Positions 25,283-37,583 of a DNA stretch of 54,165 bases are shown here, piece by piece. Both the position numbers and the translations under genes were made by a program. This DNA comes from a virus (lineage: Duplodnaviria; Caudoviricetes). Location: positions 1-54,165 of IMG/VR virus record IMGVR_UViG_3300044846_002556. One strand, written 5' to 3'. Each line of letters begins with the position of its first letter. Position 1 is the stretch's first letter. Below the pieces are notes generated by a model that saw only the letters and a list, made by a program, of their open reading frames with translations, was not told the origin of the DNA and did no database searches.

Positions 25283-25474
25283 GAAAAATCTGCAGAATTT
25301 TGAAAAATATTTTAGGCCCATCTAATCGCACAAGGAAGGCCGTGGATTGATCCGGGGTCGATCCGGTAGGATAGCACCAGAGCCCTTGTAAAAACGCGCC
25401 ACGGGTTATTTTTGGGGCTCTGGGTCGATCCACAATAAAATGCGTCCGATTGCGTTTTTCTTCGTCCAGCCCCG

Positions 25475-25503
25475 TTGACACAATGGGCCTAACATGAAAT
25501 AAG
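25475..25503 (+). promoter_or_regulatory. Sigma70-type rightward promoter
   Basis: TTGACA-N17-AATAAG with ATGGGCCTAAC in the spacer. Confidence 0.5.
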
Positions 25504-25533
25504 GGGATATGGTTTGAAACGAAAGGAGCTTAC

Positions 25534-25638
25534 ATGCAACGAGATGAACATGTCTGGGCCTATGCCTTCTGGCACGGCTCCAGATACGCTGCCACCGAGA
25601 GCGCGCTGCTTAAATATGCGGCAGCACTCTGGCATTGA
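25534..25638 (+). CDS. 34-aa aromatic peptide
   Basis: AAAGGAG RBS; MQRDEHVWAYAFWHGSRYAATESALLKYAAALWH; followed by a GGAGCCC-TACG-GGGCTCC hairpin. Confidence 0.5.
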   Translation: MQRDEHVWAYAFWHGSRYAATESALLKYAAALWH

Positions 25639-25800
25639 GCAGGCTGGAGCCCTACGGGGCTCCAATCCCTCAAATCATCTGGTTGGCCGAAGGCCGGGGG
25701 TATGGCCCAGCGGGGGATTGTTGTAATGCTTTGCCGATCCCCAATTTGCAGGAGTGAAAAATAAGTGATGGGTCTATTTTGACCCATCCCCTTGTGCTGG

Positions 25801-25829
25801 TTGCCTTGCAGTCAGACCCATGATATACT
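25801..25829 (+). promoter_or_regulatory. Sigma70-type promoter of the late arm
   Basis: TTGCCT-N17-TATACT; motif copy in the spacer; GATGGGTC-N6-GACCCATC palindrome at 25767-25788. Confidence 0.7.
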
Positions 25830-25887
25830 CAGTCCCAAATGGAACTAACCCTGCGCGTCCCGCGCAGACCATTTGGAGTCCCCCGAC

Positions 25888-26736
25888 ATGTATATCGCAC
25901 CCCCCGGCAAGGGTCGTCGCCCCGCCCCGATTGTTTATGGGCCTCCCCGCGCCCTTTCGGAAACCGACATCGCCAGCATGTGGGACCGGCAGGCGGACGG
26001 CGCGAAGGGCATCCCGCGCATCAAGACGCTGCGCTACAACCACCACATGCTCGCCAAGGCGGTCGCCAGCGGCAAAAGCCTGCTCGAATGCTCCCAGCTC
26101 ACGGGCCTGACAGGCTCTCGCATCTCGGACCTCAAAAACGACCCAGCCTTTCAGGAACTTGTAAGTTTTTACTCCGAAGAGTTGCATGAAGTTTATGTGG
26201 ACGTGCACCAGCGCATGGCGGCGTTCGGCACGTCCGTGCTGGAAGAACTTACCGAGCGGTTTGAGGCCGAACCCGAAAAGTTCACCAAGCGGGAACTCAT
26301 GGATTTGTTCACCACCATGGCCGACAGGTCGATCCCGACCGCAAAAGGCGGACCGTCGCCCCAACAGGGCCTTTCGCTGGGCGGAGGTGCAGGGGGCGGC
26401 CTTGCGCTCCAGATCAACTTCGTCGCCCCAGCCACCGGGGAGCCCGAAACCCTCGAGGCGCGTGTCACACCCCAAACCCAGGCGCCTGCGGCTCTGCCAG
26501 GTCAAAGTGACGCACTGTTGGTTAGACCCCCGCTGGCGGACGAATTGGGAATGCCCCCCGGACTCGACATTGACGGCGAGCCTTTCGTCCCGCACACTCC
26601 ACAACCAGTCCCCTCCCCCGCCGATCTCCAACAGGCCAAATTCGACGCCACCGGGGCCGCAATCGAAAAGCGCGAGGCGGAAGCTGCGGAGCGAGAGCGC
26701 ATCTACCGCGAGCATATGGCAAAAAGAGGTTTCTGA
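25888..26736 (+). CDS. HTH protein, putative terminase small subunit
   Basis: HTH SGKSLLECSQLTGLTGSRISDLKNDPAFQE followed by helices; first late gene; ATG after GGAG. Confidence 0.55.
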   Translation: MYIAPPGKGRRPAPIVYGPPRALSETDIASMWDRQADGAKGIPRIKTLRYNHHMLAKAVASGKSLLECSQLTGLTGSRISDLKNDPAFQELVSFYSEELHEVYVDVHQRMAAFGTSVLEELTERFEAEPEKFTKRELMDLFTTMADRSIPTAKGGPSPQQGLSLGGGAGGGLALQINFVAPATGEPETLEARVTPQTQAPAALPGQSDALLVRPPLADELGMPPGLDIDGEPFVPHTPQPVPSPADLQQAKFDATGAAIEKREAEAAERERIYREHMAKRGF

Positions 26737-27272
26737 TGGCGAAAACCCCAGCATGGCAACGATTTTTGCCCCAAGGCGATGGATATACGCCTCGATCATA
26801 TAAATTACCTGAGTGGTCCGGGCAGTGCACATCATGCGGAAATGACTCTACTGTAGTGAAATTCGGCAGGGGTCGTGCGGGAGTTTGCAATTCTTGTTAC
26901 AAGAAAGAATGGGAACTCAACAATAGTTTGAAGGTTAGGTGCCAGCGTTTATATGGGAATGCACAAAAACGTGCAAAAGCGCGAGGTTGGCCTCCACCAG
27001 ATTTTACTTCTGAATGGATTGAAGAAAAAATATTAAATGGAGTCTGTGAGGTTACAGGCATTCCATTCGATTTAACTACTTATGTATCGGAGACTCACGC
27101 AGCTAATCCTTGGGTGCCCTCTTTAGATAGGATAGACAGCTCTAAGCCTTATTTGAAAGATAATGTTCAAGTAGTGGTTTATATGTATAATGTATGTAAA
27201 GGTGAATTTTCACAAGAAGATGTGATGCTTTTTGCGAGAATGCTGGTGCGTGGAGAGACAGATGCCTTATAA
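26736..27272 (+). CDS. HNH-like endonuclease
   Basis: CxxC..CxxC, CEVTG, SLDRIDS.K.Y..DNV......N..K; AT-rich. Confidence 0.75.
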   Translation: MAKTPAWQRFLPQGDGYTPRSYKLPEWSGQCTSCGNDSTVVKFGRGRAGVCNSCYKKEWELNNSLKVRCQRLYGNAQKRAKARGWPPPDFTSEWIEEKILNGVCEVTGIPFDLTTYVSETHAANPWVPSLDRIDSSKPYLKDNVQVVVYMYNVCKGEFSQEDVMLFARMLVRGETDAL

Positions 27273-27528
27273 GACACAGGCTTGGCAAAGAAAGGCTGGC
27301 AAAAACCCAGCGGGCGGGCTAAATGAAAAAGGCCGCGCTTCCTACAACAAAGCCAATCCCGGCAAACCCGGACTAAAACCTCCAGCGCCTCATCCAAAAA
27401 CTGAAAAGGATGCCATGCGGCGCAAATCATTCTGCGCGAGAATGTCTGGAATGCCGGGACCAATGAAGGATGAAAAGGGCAAGCCTACACGCAAAGCTCT
27501 TTCACTGAAAGCGTGGAACTGCAAATGA
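27262..27528 (+). CDS. Small basic protein (DUF6321-like)
   Basis: AWQRK.GKNP.GGLN.KGRASY...R.KSFCARM.G...LSL.AW.C. Confidence 0.7.
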   Translation: MPYKTQAWQRKAGKNPAGGLNEKGRASYNKANPGKPGLKPPAPHPKTEKDAMRRKSFCARMSGMPGPMKDEKGKPTRKALSLKAWNCK

Positions 27529-28073
27529 ACGAGGCTTATTTCTTCGAGCGCCTCAGGCGGGCGGTTTTTGGCGGGCGACTGACGGCCCGTCAGGTGGACG
27601 GCATCAACCAGATCCTCGCCTACCGCGCCGCGAAATGGCCGAAAATGTCCGACGACGAGCTTTCGTATGTGCTGGCGACAGTCGTGCATGAAACCGCGTT
27701 TGAAATGCAGCCCATTCGTGAGCGGGGCGGGCAAAAATATCTGCAGTCAAAACCCTATTACCCGTTTTACGGGCGAGGTTTGGTCCAGATCACCTGGGAG
27801 CGAAACTACAAACTTTTCAAAGTTTCACCCCCGGATGCAGCATTAGATTGGCCCATTGCCCTCGACGTGGCTTTTAGGGGCATGGTGCTGGGCATGTTCA
27901 CGGGCAAAAAGCTGGCCGACTACATCGCCAATGGGCGCTGCGATTATATCGGGGCGCGGCGCATTATCAACGGGACCGATCGCGCCCGCCTGATCGCAGG
28001 CTATGCCAGATCCTTTCAGGATGCTTTCAAGCAGGCGTCCGCACAAAAGTCCGCTTCGAAAGGAGCTGCGTGA
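27525..28073 (+). CDS. Endolysin, glycoside hydrolase family 19-like
   Basis: YVLAT..HET, YGRGLVQITW..NY, G.FTG..L, ARRIING.D. Confidence 0.88.
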   Translation: MNEAYFFERLRRAVFGGRLTARQVDGINQILAYRAAKWPKMSDDELSYVLATVVHETAFEMQPIRERGGQKYLQSKPYYPFYGRGLVQITWERNYKLFKVSPPDAALDWPIALDVAFRGMVLGMFTGKKLADYIANGRCDYIGARRIINGTDRARLIAGYARSFQDAFKQASAQKSASKGAA

Positions 28074-28219
28074 TGCTGCAAGAGACTGTAAGATTTGTGA
28101 TTTGCGCGACGTTGGCGTGTTTGGTGCTGTTTGGGACGGCCACATTGTTGACCGGATGCTCGGATTTGAAATATGCAGAGTGCGTTGCGCGAGATCGCAC
28201 GGCAAACCCCTGTAATTGA
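28073..28219 (+). CDS. Small lipoprotein (48 aa)
   Basis: Manual translation; hydrophobic stretch, LTGC lipobox, two further Cys; AAGGAG RBS. Confidence 0.6.
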   Translation: MLQETVRFVICATLACLVLFGTATLLTGCSDLKYAECVARDRTANPCN

Positions 28220-28230
28220 AAGGTGCTAAT

Positions 28231-28440
28231 ATGAACGCGATTATCCAGAATTACTTCATCAAAAATTGGCGGACGACTGCAAGTGGGTTGGCGCTGATTG
28301 TGCTGGTTGGTTTGCATTATGCGGGGATTAACATTCCCGGCCTTACTATCCCGAACGACCCCGGTTCGCAGATTGCGATGATCCTTGCAGCGCTTGGATT
28401 GGTTTCCGCGAAGGACGGCGGAACGACCGGGGCGGTGTAA
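28231..28440 (+). CDS. Holin
   Basis: KNWRTT..G, two TM segments, GL..AKD; follows the endolysin. Confidence 0.7.
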   Translation: MNAIIQNYFIKNWRTTASGLALIVLVGLHYAGINIPGLTIPNDPGSQIAMILAALGLVSAKDGGTTGAV

Positions 28441-28679
28441 TGGGTATTTCCACAATCCTGAGCCTGCTTTCCAGCATCGCTTCGGTTTTGGTGAAGTTTA
28501 TGGGCTGGCTCCACGATCAAAAACTCGTGGAGTCGGGAAAAGCGCAGCAAAAGCTGGATGCGCTGAAGGGGCAAATCCATGATGAGCAAGTGGCTATCGC
28601 GGCGCGGGAAGCTGTGCGGGCTTCTATTGCTGCCAACCCTGACGGGGTGCCAGACGACGACCCATTCAGACGGGACTGA
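28440..28679 (+). CDS. i-spanin (Rz-like)
   Basis: N-terminal hydrophobic segment, coiled coil, DDPFRRD end. Confidence 0.65.
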   Translation: MGISTILSLLSSIASVLVKFMGWLHDQKLVESGKAQQKLDALKGQIHDEQVAIAAREAVRASIAANPDGVPDDDPFRRD

Positions 28680-28842
28680 GGCGCTCCAAGGGGCCTCGTT
28701 CTGTCAGGCAGCACGGGCCATCTATTACTCCCGGCATGATACGCCCCCGACGATTGCCCAGATCCGAGAACACAATGCGGTTGGTGCGGCGCTGAAATGC
28801 GGGTGGTTGCCAGCCAAAAAGCAAAAGGGGGCGAAGCCTTGA
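28579..28842 (+). CDS. o-spanin (Rz1-like lipoprotein)
   Basis: LLLLPTLTGC lipobox; overlaps the i-spanin 3' end in another frame; FC..A..I..S..DT..T..QI..HNA.....C. Confidence 0.7.
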   Translation: MMSKWLSRRGKLCGLLLLPTLTGCQTTTHSDGTEALQGASFCQAARAIYYSRHDTPPTIAQIREHNAVGAALKCGWLPAKKQKGAKP

Positions 28843-29198
28843 CAAAAGCGGTTTATTGGTATGACGAGCCTGAGGATCATAATTACCCTGCGGCGGAAGA
28901 ATATTTGACGCTGCATTTTGGGCGAGACACAGCAAAAGGTTTGTCGGATAGACTTCGCCGGGAAAGTGTGCAATATTTCAAGGCGAAAGATATTTTTAGG
29001 GCGTCAAAACTTTCACATGCAGGGATTTCAAATCAGCAAGTGGAAAAGACTCTTGAAAAGATCGAGGACGGGAAAAAGCTGTCGCCTGTGCTGTTGGTGC
29101 GAAGCAGTAACGCGCTCATTATTGCAGACGGTTATCACAGGGTTTGCGCGGTTTATTCGCACGACCAAGACGTTAAAATCCCCTGTAAAATCATATAA
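28839..29198 (+). CDS. ParB/Srx-like domain protein
   Basis: LSPVLLV....IIADGYHR; TTG start. Confidence 0.65.
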   Translation: MTKAVYWYDEPEDHNYPAAEEYLTLHFGRDTAKGLSDRLRRESVQYFKAKDIFRASKLSHAGISNQQVEKTLEKIEDGKKLSPVLLVRSSNALIIADGYHRVCAVYSHDQDVKIPCKII

Positions 29199-29213
29199 CT
29201 GAGAGGCAAAAAG

Positions 29214-29381
29214 ATGCCAGCTAAAAGCAAAGCGCAAGCGAAAATGATGGCGATGGTCGCGCATGACCCCAAGGCCGCAAAGCGACTGGGCATTCCGCAG
29301 AGTGTCGGGAAAGAATTTGAGGTTAAAGGCAAAGGGGCGATGAAAAAGCTGCCCGCAAAGGTGAAAGCTAAGAAAAAATGA
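29214..29381 (+). CDS. Lys-rich small protein (55 aa)
   Basis: MPAKSKAQ..MM..VAHDP..AK..GIPQSVGKEF; GAGG RBS; absent from the ORF track. Confidence 0.7.
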   Translation: MPAKSKAQAKMMAMVAHDPKAAKRLGIPQSVGKEFEVKGKGAMKKLPAKVKAKKK

Positions 29382-29587
29382 CGCGGTATCGGCTCGGCAC
29401 GTTTGAAGGGCTGCTCGAAATCGAGGCGGTAGAAAGTGGCCCTTTTCCGCTCCGGGCGTATGGATTTTTGCAGTTCTCGCAAAAAGATCATCCGAATGGT
29501 GAATTGATGCTGGAAGTGCGGAATAAGGAAATCTGGGTTTGGGTTGCGGAGAGAAAAGATGGCAAAACTGACGACCAAAGCGCGTAA
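29378..29587 (+). CDS. Hypothetical protein
   Basis: ATGA overlap with the upstream gene. Confidence 0.45.
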   Translation: MTRYRLGTFEGLLEIEAVESGPFPLRAYGFLQFSQKDHPNGELMLEVRNKEIWVWVAERKDGKTDDQSA

Positions 29588-29777
29588 GGCGATCCCGAAA
29601 AGCGAGTTTGGACTGCCCGCAACGCGGGCATATCCGATGCCTGACAGGGCTCATGCCGCGAACGCGAAAGCACGGGCCACGCAGATGGTAAAAGCTGGCA
29701 AACTTTCAGAAGGGTCTGCTGCCAAGATCAAAGCGAAGGCCAATAAGGTGCTTGCGAAGGGCAAAAAGGGGGCGTAA
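29559..29777 (+). CDS. Lys/Ala-rich small protein
   Basis: MAKLTTKARK.IPKS.F.LP..R.YP.PD.AHA.NA.AR. Confidence 0.7.
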   Translation: MAKLTTKARKAIPKSEFGLPATRAYPMPDRAHAANAKARATQMVKAGKLSEGSAAKIKAKANKVLAKGKKGA

Positions 29778-29780
29778 GCC

Positions 29781-30251
29781 TTGAGTTTTAGGTATTTGGC
29801 GGGGTTGCAGTATGCAGCGATGTGCCTGCGCCCCGCCCATATCCCGAAAAGTCGCCCGAAAGGGGCGAAAGCGGCGGGGCTGCGCTATGAAAAGGCGTTA
29901 GCGGCGGCGATCCCACGCGCCGATCATGGGCAGTGGTTTGAATTTAGGGATTTGAACGGGCCTGGGCATTGCCAGATGGACTTGGTGATTGAGGGGCAAA
30001 AGCGGATTGTGATAATTGAGTGTAAGCTGACGGATATTGAACAGGGAATGGCGCAACTGCGCCATTTGTATTTCCCGATTGCGGAGATGATTTGGCCGGA
30101 TAAGAAGCCGCTGGGGATTGTGGCGGCGAGACATTTAAGCAAATGCCCCGACACAGGGCTCGTGGAAAGCACCCTCAAGGCCGCAATTCTCCGGGCCGAG
30201 ACGCAAAAGATCATCCCGGTTCTGCATTGGATGGAGCGGATGCCGCTCTGA
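29781..30251 (+). CDS. PD-(D/E)XK nuclease
   Basis: G..YE, QMDLV, IIECK, QL..LY. Confidence 0.65.
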   Translation: MSFRYLAGLQYAAMCLRPAHIPKSRPKGAKAAGLRYEKALAAAIPRADHGQWFEFRDLNGPGHCQMDLVIEGQKRIVIIECKLTDIEQGMAQLRHLYFPIAEMIWPDKKPLGIVAARHLSKCPDTGLVESTLKAAILRAETQKIIPVLHWMERMPL

Positions 30252-30396
30252 CGAGCGAGTGCGAAGCACTCAGGGCCATTTTTGAGAGATTTTGCGGGGA
30301 AAAGGATTGACGCGAAGCGGCAACGCGGCCAGTATGCTGATAGGCCAAGGCCCGTGAGCGTGAGGCTCCCTGTGCCCAAAAGGCAAGGTGCAAAAC

Positions 30397-30663
30397 ATGG
30401 CAAAAGAGACAAGTGGCAAGGTTTTGGCGGGAAAGCCCCTTCGAGGCGTCCGCACAAACAACATCCAGCATTCTACAAGCTGGGATCTTTCCAAAAATGG
30501 AATGTTTGAGAAGGTTGCCCGTAAAGGCAATGCGAATTATCAGGCTGCTGATCGGTTTACCCCGTCAAATCCTGATTATCAGTCTGGCGTCACCCAGAAT
30601 GTTGGAAATCCCGTGCAGAGTGACGGGCTGCGCGGAGCAATCTCGCTCATAAGAGGCAAATGA
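30397..30663 (+). CDS. Hypothetical protein
   Basis: AAGG RBS. Confidence 0.55.
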   Translation: MAKETSGKVLAGKPLRGVRTNNIQHSTSWDLSKNGMFEKVARKGNANYQAADRFTPSNPDYQSGVTQNVGNPVQSDGLRGAISLIRGK

Positions 30664-31136
30664 TGAAAAAAGTTGCTTTTATTGGCGGTCTGCTTGCGCT
30701 TGTGGGTGTAAGTGCCGCTTTGGCTCAGGGTCAGTTTCCGGGTTATCCGCTTGCTACGGCTTCGCCGTCCTCTGGAAATGCTGTTACGCTCCCGCTGACG
30801 GGTGTGGAGCAGATTCCGGCTGACACGATGCTGTCATATGGCATTCAGCCGCAGACGGAAGTTATTCAGACGCAGCAGTTGAAGGCGTATATCCTGTCGG
30901 GTTCGACGGTTACGACCTACATTCTGCCGACTGCCGTTACGATTGCTACGCTGCCGACTTGCACTTCGGCGCTGAATGGCGCTCGTGCGAACATCACGAA
31001 TGGCGTGGCGTATAGCCTGACGCTGGCGGCTGCGGGTGCTACTGGCACGGCGGTTGGTTCCAGCACCGGCACGGTCACTCGCGCCGTTCTGTGTGGCTCC
31101 ACGGACCAGTCCACGTTCGCGTGGGTTTATAACTAA
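30660..31136 (+). CDS. Signal-peptide-bearing minor structural-type protein
   Basis: MMKK-hydrophobic-ALA|Q; C-terminal TIATLPTC...G....T.....V.C...W module. Confidence 0.65.
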   Translation: MMKKVAFIGGLLALVGVSAALAQGQFPGYPLATASPSSGNAVTLPLTGVEQIPADTMLSYGIQPQTEVIQTQQLKAYILSGSTVTTYILPTAVTIATLPTCTSALNGARANITNGVAYSLTLAAAGATGTAVGSSTGTVTRAVLCGSTDQSTFAWVYN

Positions 31137-31150
31137 GCCTTTGGGCGAAA

Positions 31151-31179
31151 TGAAGGGGGCCTCGCCCCCTTCACCTTTT
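31151..31179 (+). terminator. Intrinsic terminator
   Basis: TGAAGGGG..CCCCTTCA CCTTTT. Confidence 0.65.
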
Positions 31180-31192
31180 AGGGAATTTTCAA

Positions 31193-34178
<2,986 letters not shown>

Positions 34179-34187
34179 GAGGGAAAG

Positions 34188-35285
34188 ATGGGAGCTTTGA
34201 AAATTTGTGTGTATGCAATCGCCAAGAACGAGGGAAAGTTCGTTGAGCGATTTTGCGAAAGTGCCTTACAGGCGGACTTGATTGTGATTGCAGATACAGG
34301 TTCAACAGATAATACCGTTGCGTTAGCAAAAAAAGCTGGCGCAACGGTTTTCAACATTTGCGTCACACCTTGGCGGTTTGACAAGGCGCGAGATGCAGCT
34401 CTTGCTTTAGTTCCCGGCGATTTTGATGTTTGTATAGCACTCGATCTTGATGAAGTGCTGGAACCGGGCTGGCGAGAAGAAATTGAAAGAGTTTGGACTC
34501 CAGGAACAACTCGTTTAAAATATGGATATGACTGGGGTAGAGGGCATTTCTTTTTAGCAGAAAAAATACACGCAAGAAAAGGATATTTTTGGCACCATCC
34601 TTGTCATGAATATCCACGACTTGATCCCCGCTGCACACAAATAATGACTGAAACTACAAAACTTTTAATTAGGCATTTGCCGGATGCTGAAAAAAGTCGA
34701 GGAACTTATTTAGAATTATTGGAAATGTCGGTAAAAGAGGATCAGCATTGCTCTAGAAACTCGTTTTATTATGCAAGAGAATTGCATTTTTATGGACGAG
34801 TTGATGACTGTATTGCAGAATGTAAAAGATATTTAGCGTTACCAGATGCTGTTTGGAACCATGAGCGCTGTTATGCTTCTCGTCTGATTGGAAAATGTCT
34901 CGAAATTAAAGGACAGCTTAAAGACGCAGAATCTTGGTATTATAAAGCTGCAATGGAAGCACCGGAGACTCGGGAACCTTGGTGTGCCCTTGCGAGTTTA
35001 TTCTATACGCAAGGACGCTGGGCAGATTGCTACGCCGCCGCCTTGCGGGCTCTCCAAATTACCCATAAAGAACTGGTTTACACTATTGATCCGGTTGCAT
35101 GGGGATTTCAGCCTTTTGATTTAGCGGCGATTTCCGCGTGGAATTTAGGGTTGAAAATGGAGGCTCTTAGGTATGCAAAAGAGGCACTTGCTTGTGATCC
35201 GCAAGACCCTCGCCTTGCAAATAATGTAAAATTGATGGAAAATGTTAACCCCACTATGAGTGGGGAATTTTTCTGGGCCTCGTGA
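34188..35285 (+). CDS. Glycosyltransferase family 2 with TPR repeats
   Basis: VYAIAKNE, DTGSTD.T, WRFD.AR, LDLDE, HE; helical TPR C-terminus. Confidence 0.9.
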   Translation: MGALKICVYAIAKNEGKFVERFCESALQADLIVIADTGSTDNTVALAKKAGATVFNICVTPWRFDKARDAALALVPGDFDVCIALDLDEVLEPGWREEIERVWTPGTTRLKYGYDWGRGHFFLAEKIHARKGYFWHHPCHEYPRLDPRCTQIMTETTKLLIRHLPDAEKSRGTYLELLEMSVKEDQHCSRNSFYYARELHFYGRVDDCIAECKRYLALPDAVWNHERCYASRLIGKCLEIKGQLKDAESWYYKAAMEAPETREPWCALASLFYTQGRWADCYAAALRALQITHKELVYTIDPVAWGFQPFDLAAISAWNLGLKMEALRYAKEALACDPQDPRLANNVKLMENVNPTMSGEFFWAS

Positions 35286-35334
35286 AATACAAAAAGCGAT
35301 GTGATAGGCTGAAGCCGAACAGAGGATTGTAAGT

Positions 35335-37572
35335 ATGACTACGCCAGAGTCGTTTGCCCCCGGTTATCGCCTTACGGATGGCAACCAGTTAAATTTCCGC
35401 ATTGCAAATCCGCAATGGTCTACGACATCAGCGGTATCTGCGACTTCTGGCGGCACAATGTTAACTTCCGCTAAAGTTGTTAATGCTGTGACTAACATCA
35501 CTAATGCTTCAGTGCCGGGGGCCGGAATAACATTACCACAGGCGATTGAAGGCACTGCGCTTTTGTTGTCGAATAATAGTTCAAATGATGTCCGTGTATT
35601 TGCTGATGGAAATTCCACGATCAACGGACTTGACGGGCAAATCGGGATTATGTTGGCAAAGGGCACAACGGGTATTTTTATCGCAGTTGCCACGAAACAA
35701 TGGTCGCAATTAAACACCACAAATGCGACGAGCATTTTCACGGTGGACTCTATCGCAACGCTGCGAGCTTTAGGTGTAAATCTGTTTAGTGCTGTGCTGG
35801 TGGAAGGTTATTATACTCCCGGTGATGGCGGTGGCGGGTATTTTTATGGAAAAACTGGGGGATCGTTTACGGATAACGGTGGCACGATTATTGTTTACGG
35901 TGGCGGAACTGGAACAAGTGCGTGGGTGCGAGAAAGCACTGAAAATGTAAATGTTAAAGAGTTTGGTGCGAAAGGTGATGATGTTCAAGATGACGCTCCA
36001 TTTATTCAAAATGCGATAACAGCTGCAGCCTCAAACAATTCTATCTATTTTCCTCCCGGCAAATATCGTGTTGGAAGTCAGATTAACATATCTGCGTCAA
36101 ATCTTACGATTTACGGGAATGGAGCGCTTATCGACTCGCGAGTTGGAGTCTATGCTGGAACATTTTATCTTAGCGGCACAGCTGGTTCGCTTCTGCCGGT
36201 AACGTCAGACATTACCGCAGGCACCACGACATTTACGCTTTCATCTGGAGATGCGGCATCATTAAGCGTAGGAGATTATGTAAAAATCCTCTCCGATGAA
36301 AATTATTTCACTATGACTGGGCGCGATTACAAGAAGGGCGAAATCGCACAAGTTGCGTCAGTTTCAGGCACGACAGTTACCATTGTTGGTTATGGATTTG
36401 TGCTTGGCTATACCGTTTCTGGCTATACCGTTACTGCCCAGAAGATCACTCCGATTGAAAATATTGTGATCGAAGGTTTAGATATTGAGGGTCAGGGCTC
36501 TACTTTTGCGATCGCGCAGATAGGCATTTGGGCTAAGTATTGTAAGAACTTAATTATAAATTCTTGCAAACTTTCCAACTTTTTAGTCGGAACTGAACTG
36601 GATACCTGCTTATTCTCAACGGTCGAGTCTTGCTTTATTAGTAAATGCAATGAGCCTACGACCGGATATGGAATAGCGGTGGGCAATTCAAGCCAAAACA
36701 TTAATGTGCTGAATTGCTCGTTTGATAATAATCGACATGCGTGGACTACCGGTGGATATGATGGTGTTTGTATGTATTTGTCGGTAAGAAATTGTTTGTT
36801 ACAGAACCATCTGGTGACAACGACAATTCAATCCCATGGCAATGCCAGATATGTGGATATAAGCAATAACATCATATCAAATTGTTTTAGCGGGATAGGC
36901 ACGTCTAATCCTTATACGACAATTCATGGTAATTATATCGCCAATATCCATGGCACGGGTATTTATTCAGATGAAGCAGGCAATATCAATGTTGATGTGC
37001 AGAATAATGTCATCGACACATGCTCGACGGCATTCCTTTCTGCCATTTTCATCACAAATGATGTGATTACGTCTGAACAAAATCAATTTGTGGTGGTGAA
37101 TAATAATACTGTTAGAAACTGCCCGAATGGGGGCGGAATAGCCATTAACGCGAACAATCCGCTCGTAGTTAATGTGGCGAATAATGTTATTTCTCACTAT
37201 GGGTATCAAGGGATTGTCGTGAATAACGGCGATCAGATCAATGTGAATAACAATCTGATCTTCAATCCCGCGAGAAGTGGATATTACGGAATTTCTGTCA
37301 CAGCTACCGCCTCTCCCAATCCAATATCAGTCTATGGATCGTCAGCGGTTATTACAAATAATAACTTGCCGAACGTCGCATATGGCATAAAAGTTGATAA
37401 ACCGACAACTTTAGTGCTGCAGGGTAATTTAGTAAACAGCGATCCAAGTTACGTTTACACGATTACCAATGTGACGACTGTGTTGGGTCTTGATGTTCTT
37501 CAATCGCCAAATGGTTCCCTTTGGCGCGTAGCCGTCAGCAATGCTGGCGTGTTGTCTGCAACTTCGATATAA
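35335..37572 (+). CDS. Tailspike/depolymerase with a pectate-lyase-like beta-helix
   Basis: GYY..GDGGGG, NVKEFGAKGD...DD...IQ.AI, YFPPG.Y, Asn-rich repeats. Confidence 0.85.
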   Translation: MTTPESFAPGYRLTDGNQLNFRIANPQWSTTSAVSATSGGTMLTSAKVVNAVTNITNASVPGAGITLPQAIEGTALLLSNNSSNDVRVFADGNSTINGLDGQIGIMLAKGTTGIFIAVATKQWSQLNTTNATSIFTVDSIATLRALGVNLFSAVLVEGYYTPGDGGGGYFYGKTGGSFTDNGGTIIVYGGGTGTSAWVRESTENVNVKEFGAKGDDVQDDAPFIQNAITAAASNNSIYFPPGKYRVGSQINISASNLTIYGNGALIDSRVGVYAGTFYLSGTAGSLLPVTSDITAGTTTFTLSSGDAASLSVGDYVKILSDENYFTMTGRDYKKGEIAQVASVSGTTVTIVGYGFVLGYTVSGYTVTAQKITPIENIVIEGLDIEGQGSTFAIAQIGIWAKYCKNLIINSCKLSNFLVGTELDTCLFSTVESCFISKCNEPTTGYGIAVGNSSQNINVLNCSFDNNRHAWTTGGYDGVCMYLSVRNCLLQNHLVTTTIQSHGNARYVDISNNIISNCFSGIGTSNPYTTIHGNYIANIHGTGIYSDEAGNINVDVQNNVIDTCSTAFLSAIFITNDVITSEQNQFVVVNNNTVRNCPNGGGIAINANNPLVVNVANNVISHYGYQGIVVNNGDQINVNNNLIFNPARSGYYGISVTATASPNPISVYGSSAVITNNNLPNVAYGIKVDKPTTLVLQGNLVNSDPSYVYTITNVTTVLGLDVLQSPNGSLWRVAVSNAGVLSATSI

Positions 37573-37583
37573 TAGGGTTAAAA

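Noticed and set aside
25839-26189. Leaderless ORF or frameshift into the TerS-like gene
   Set aside because: The product is Arg/Pro-rich and not protein-like; the other frame has its own GGAG plus ATG at 25888 and no slippery site is evident
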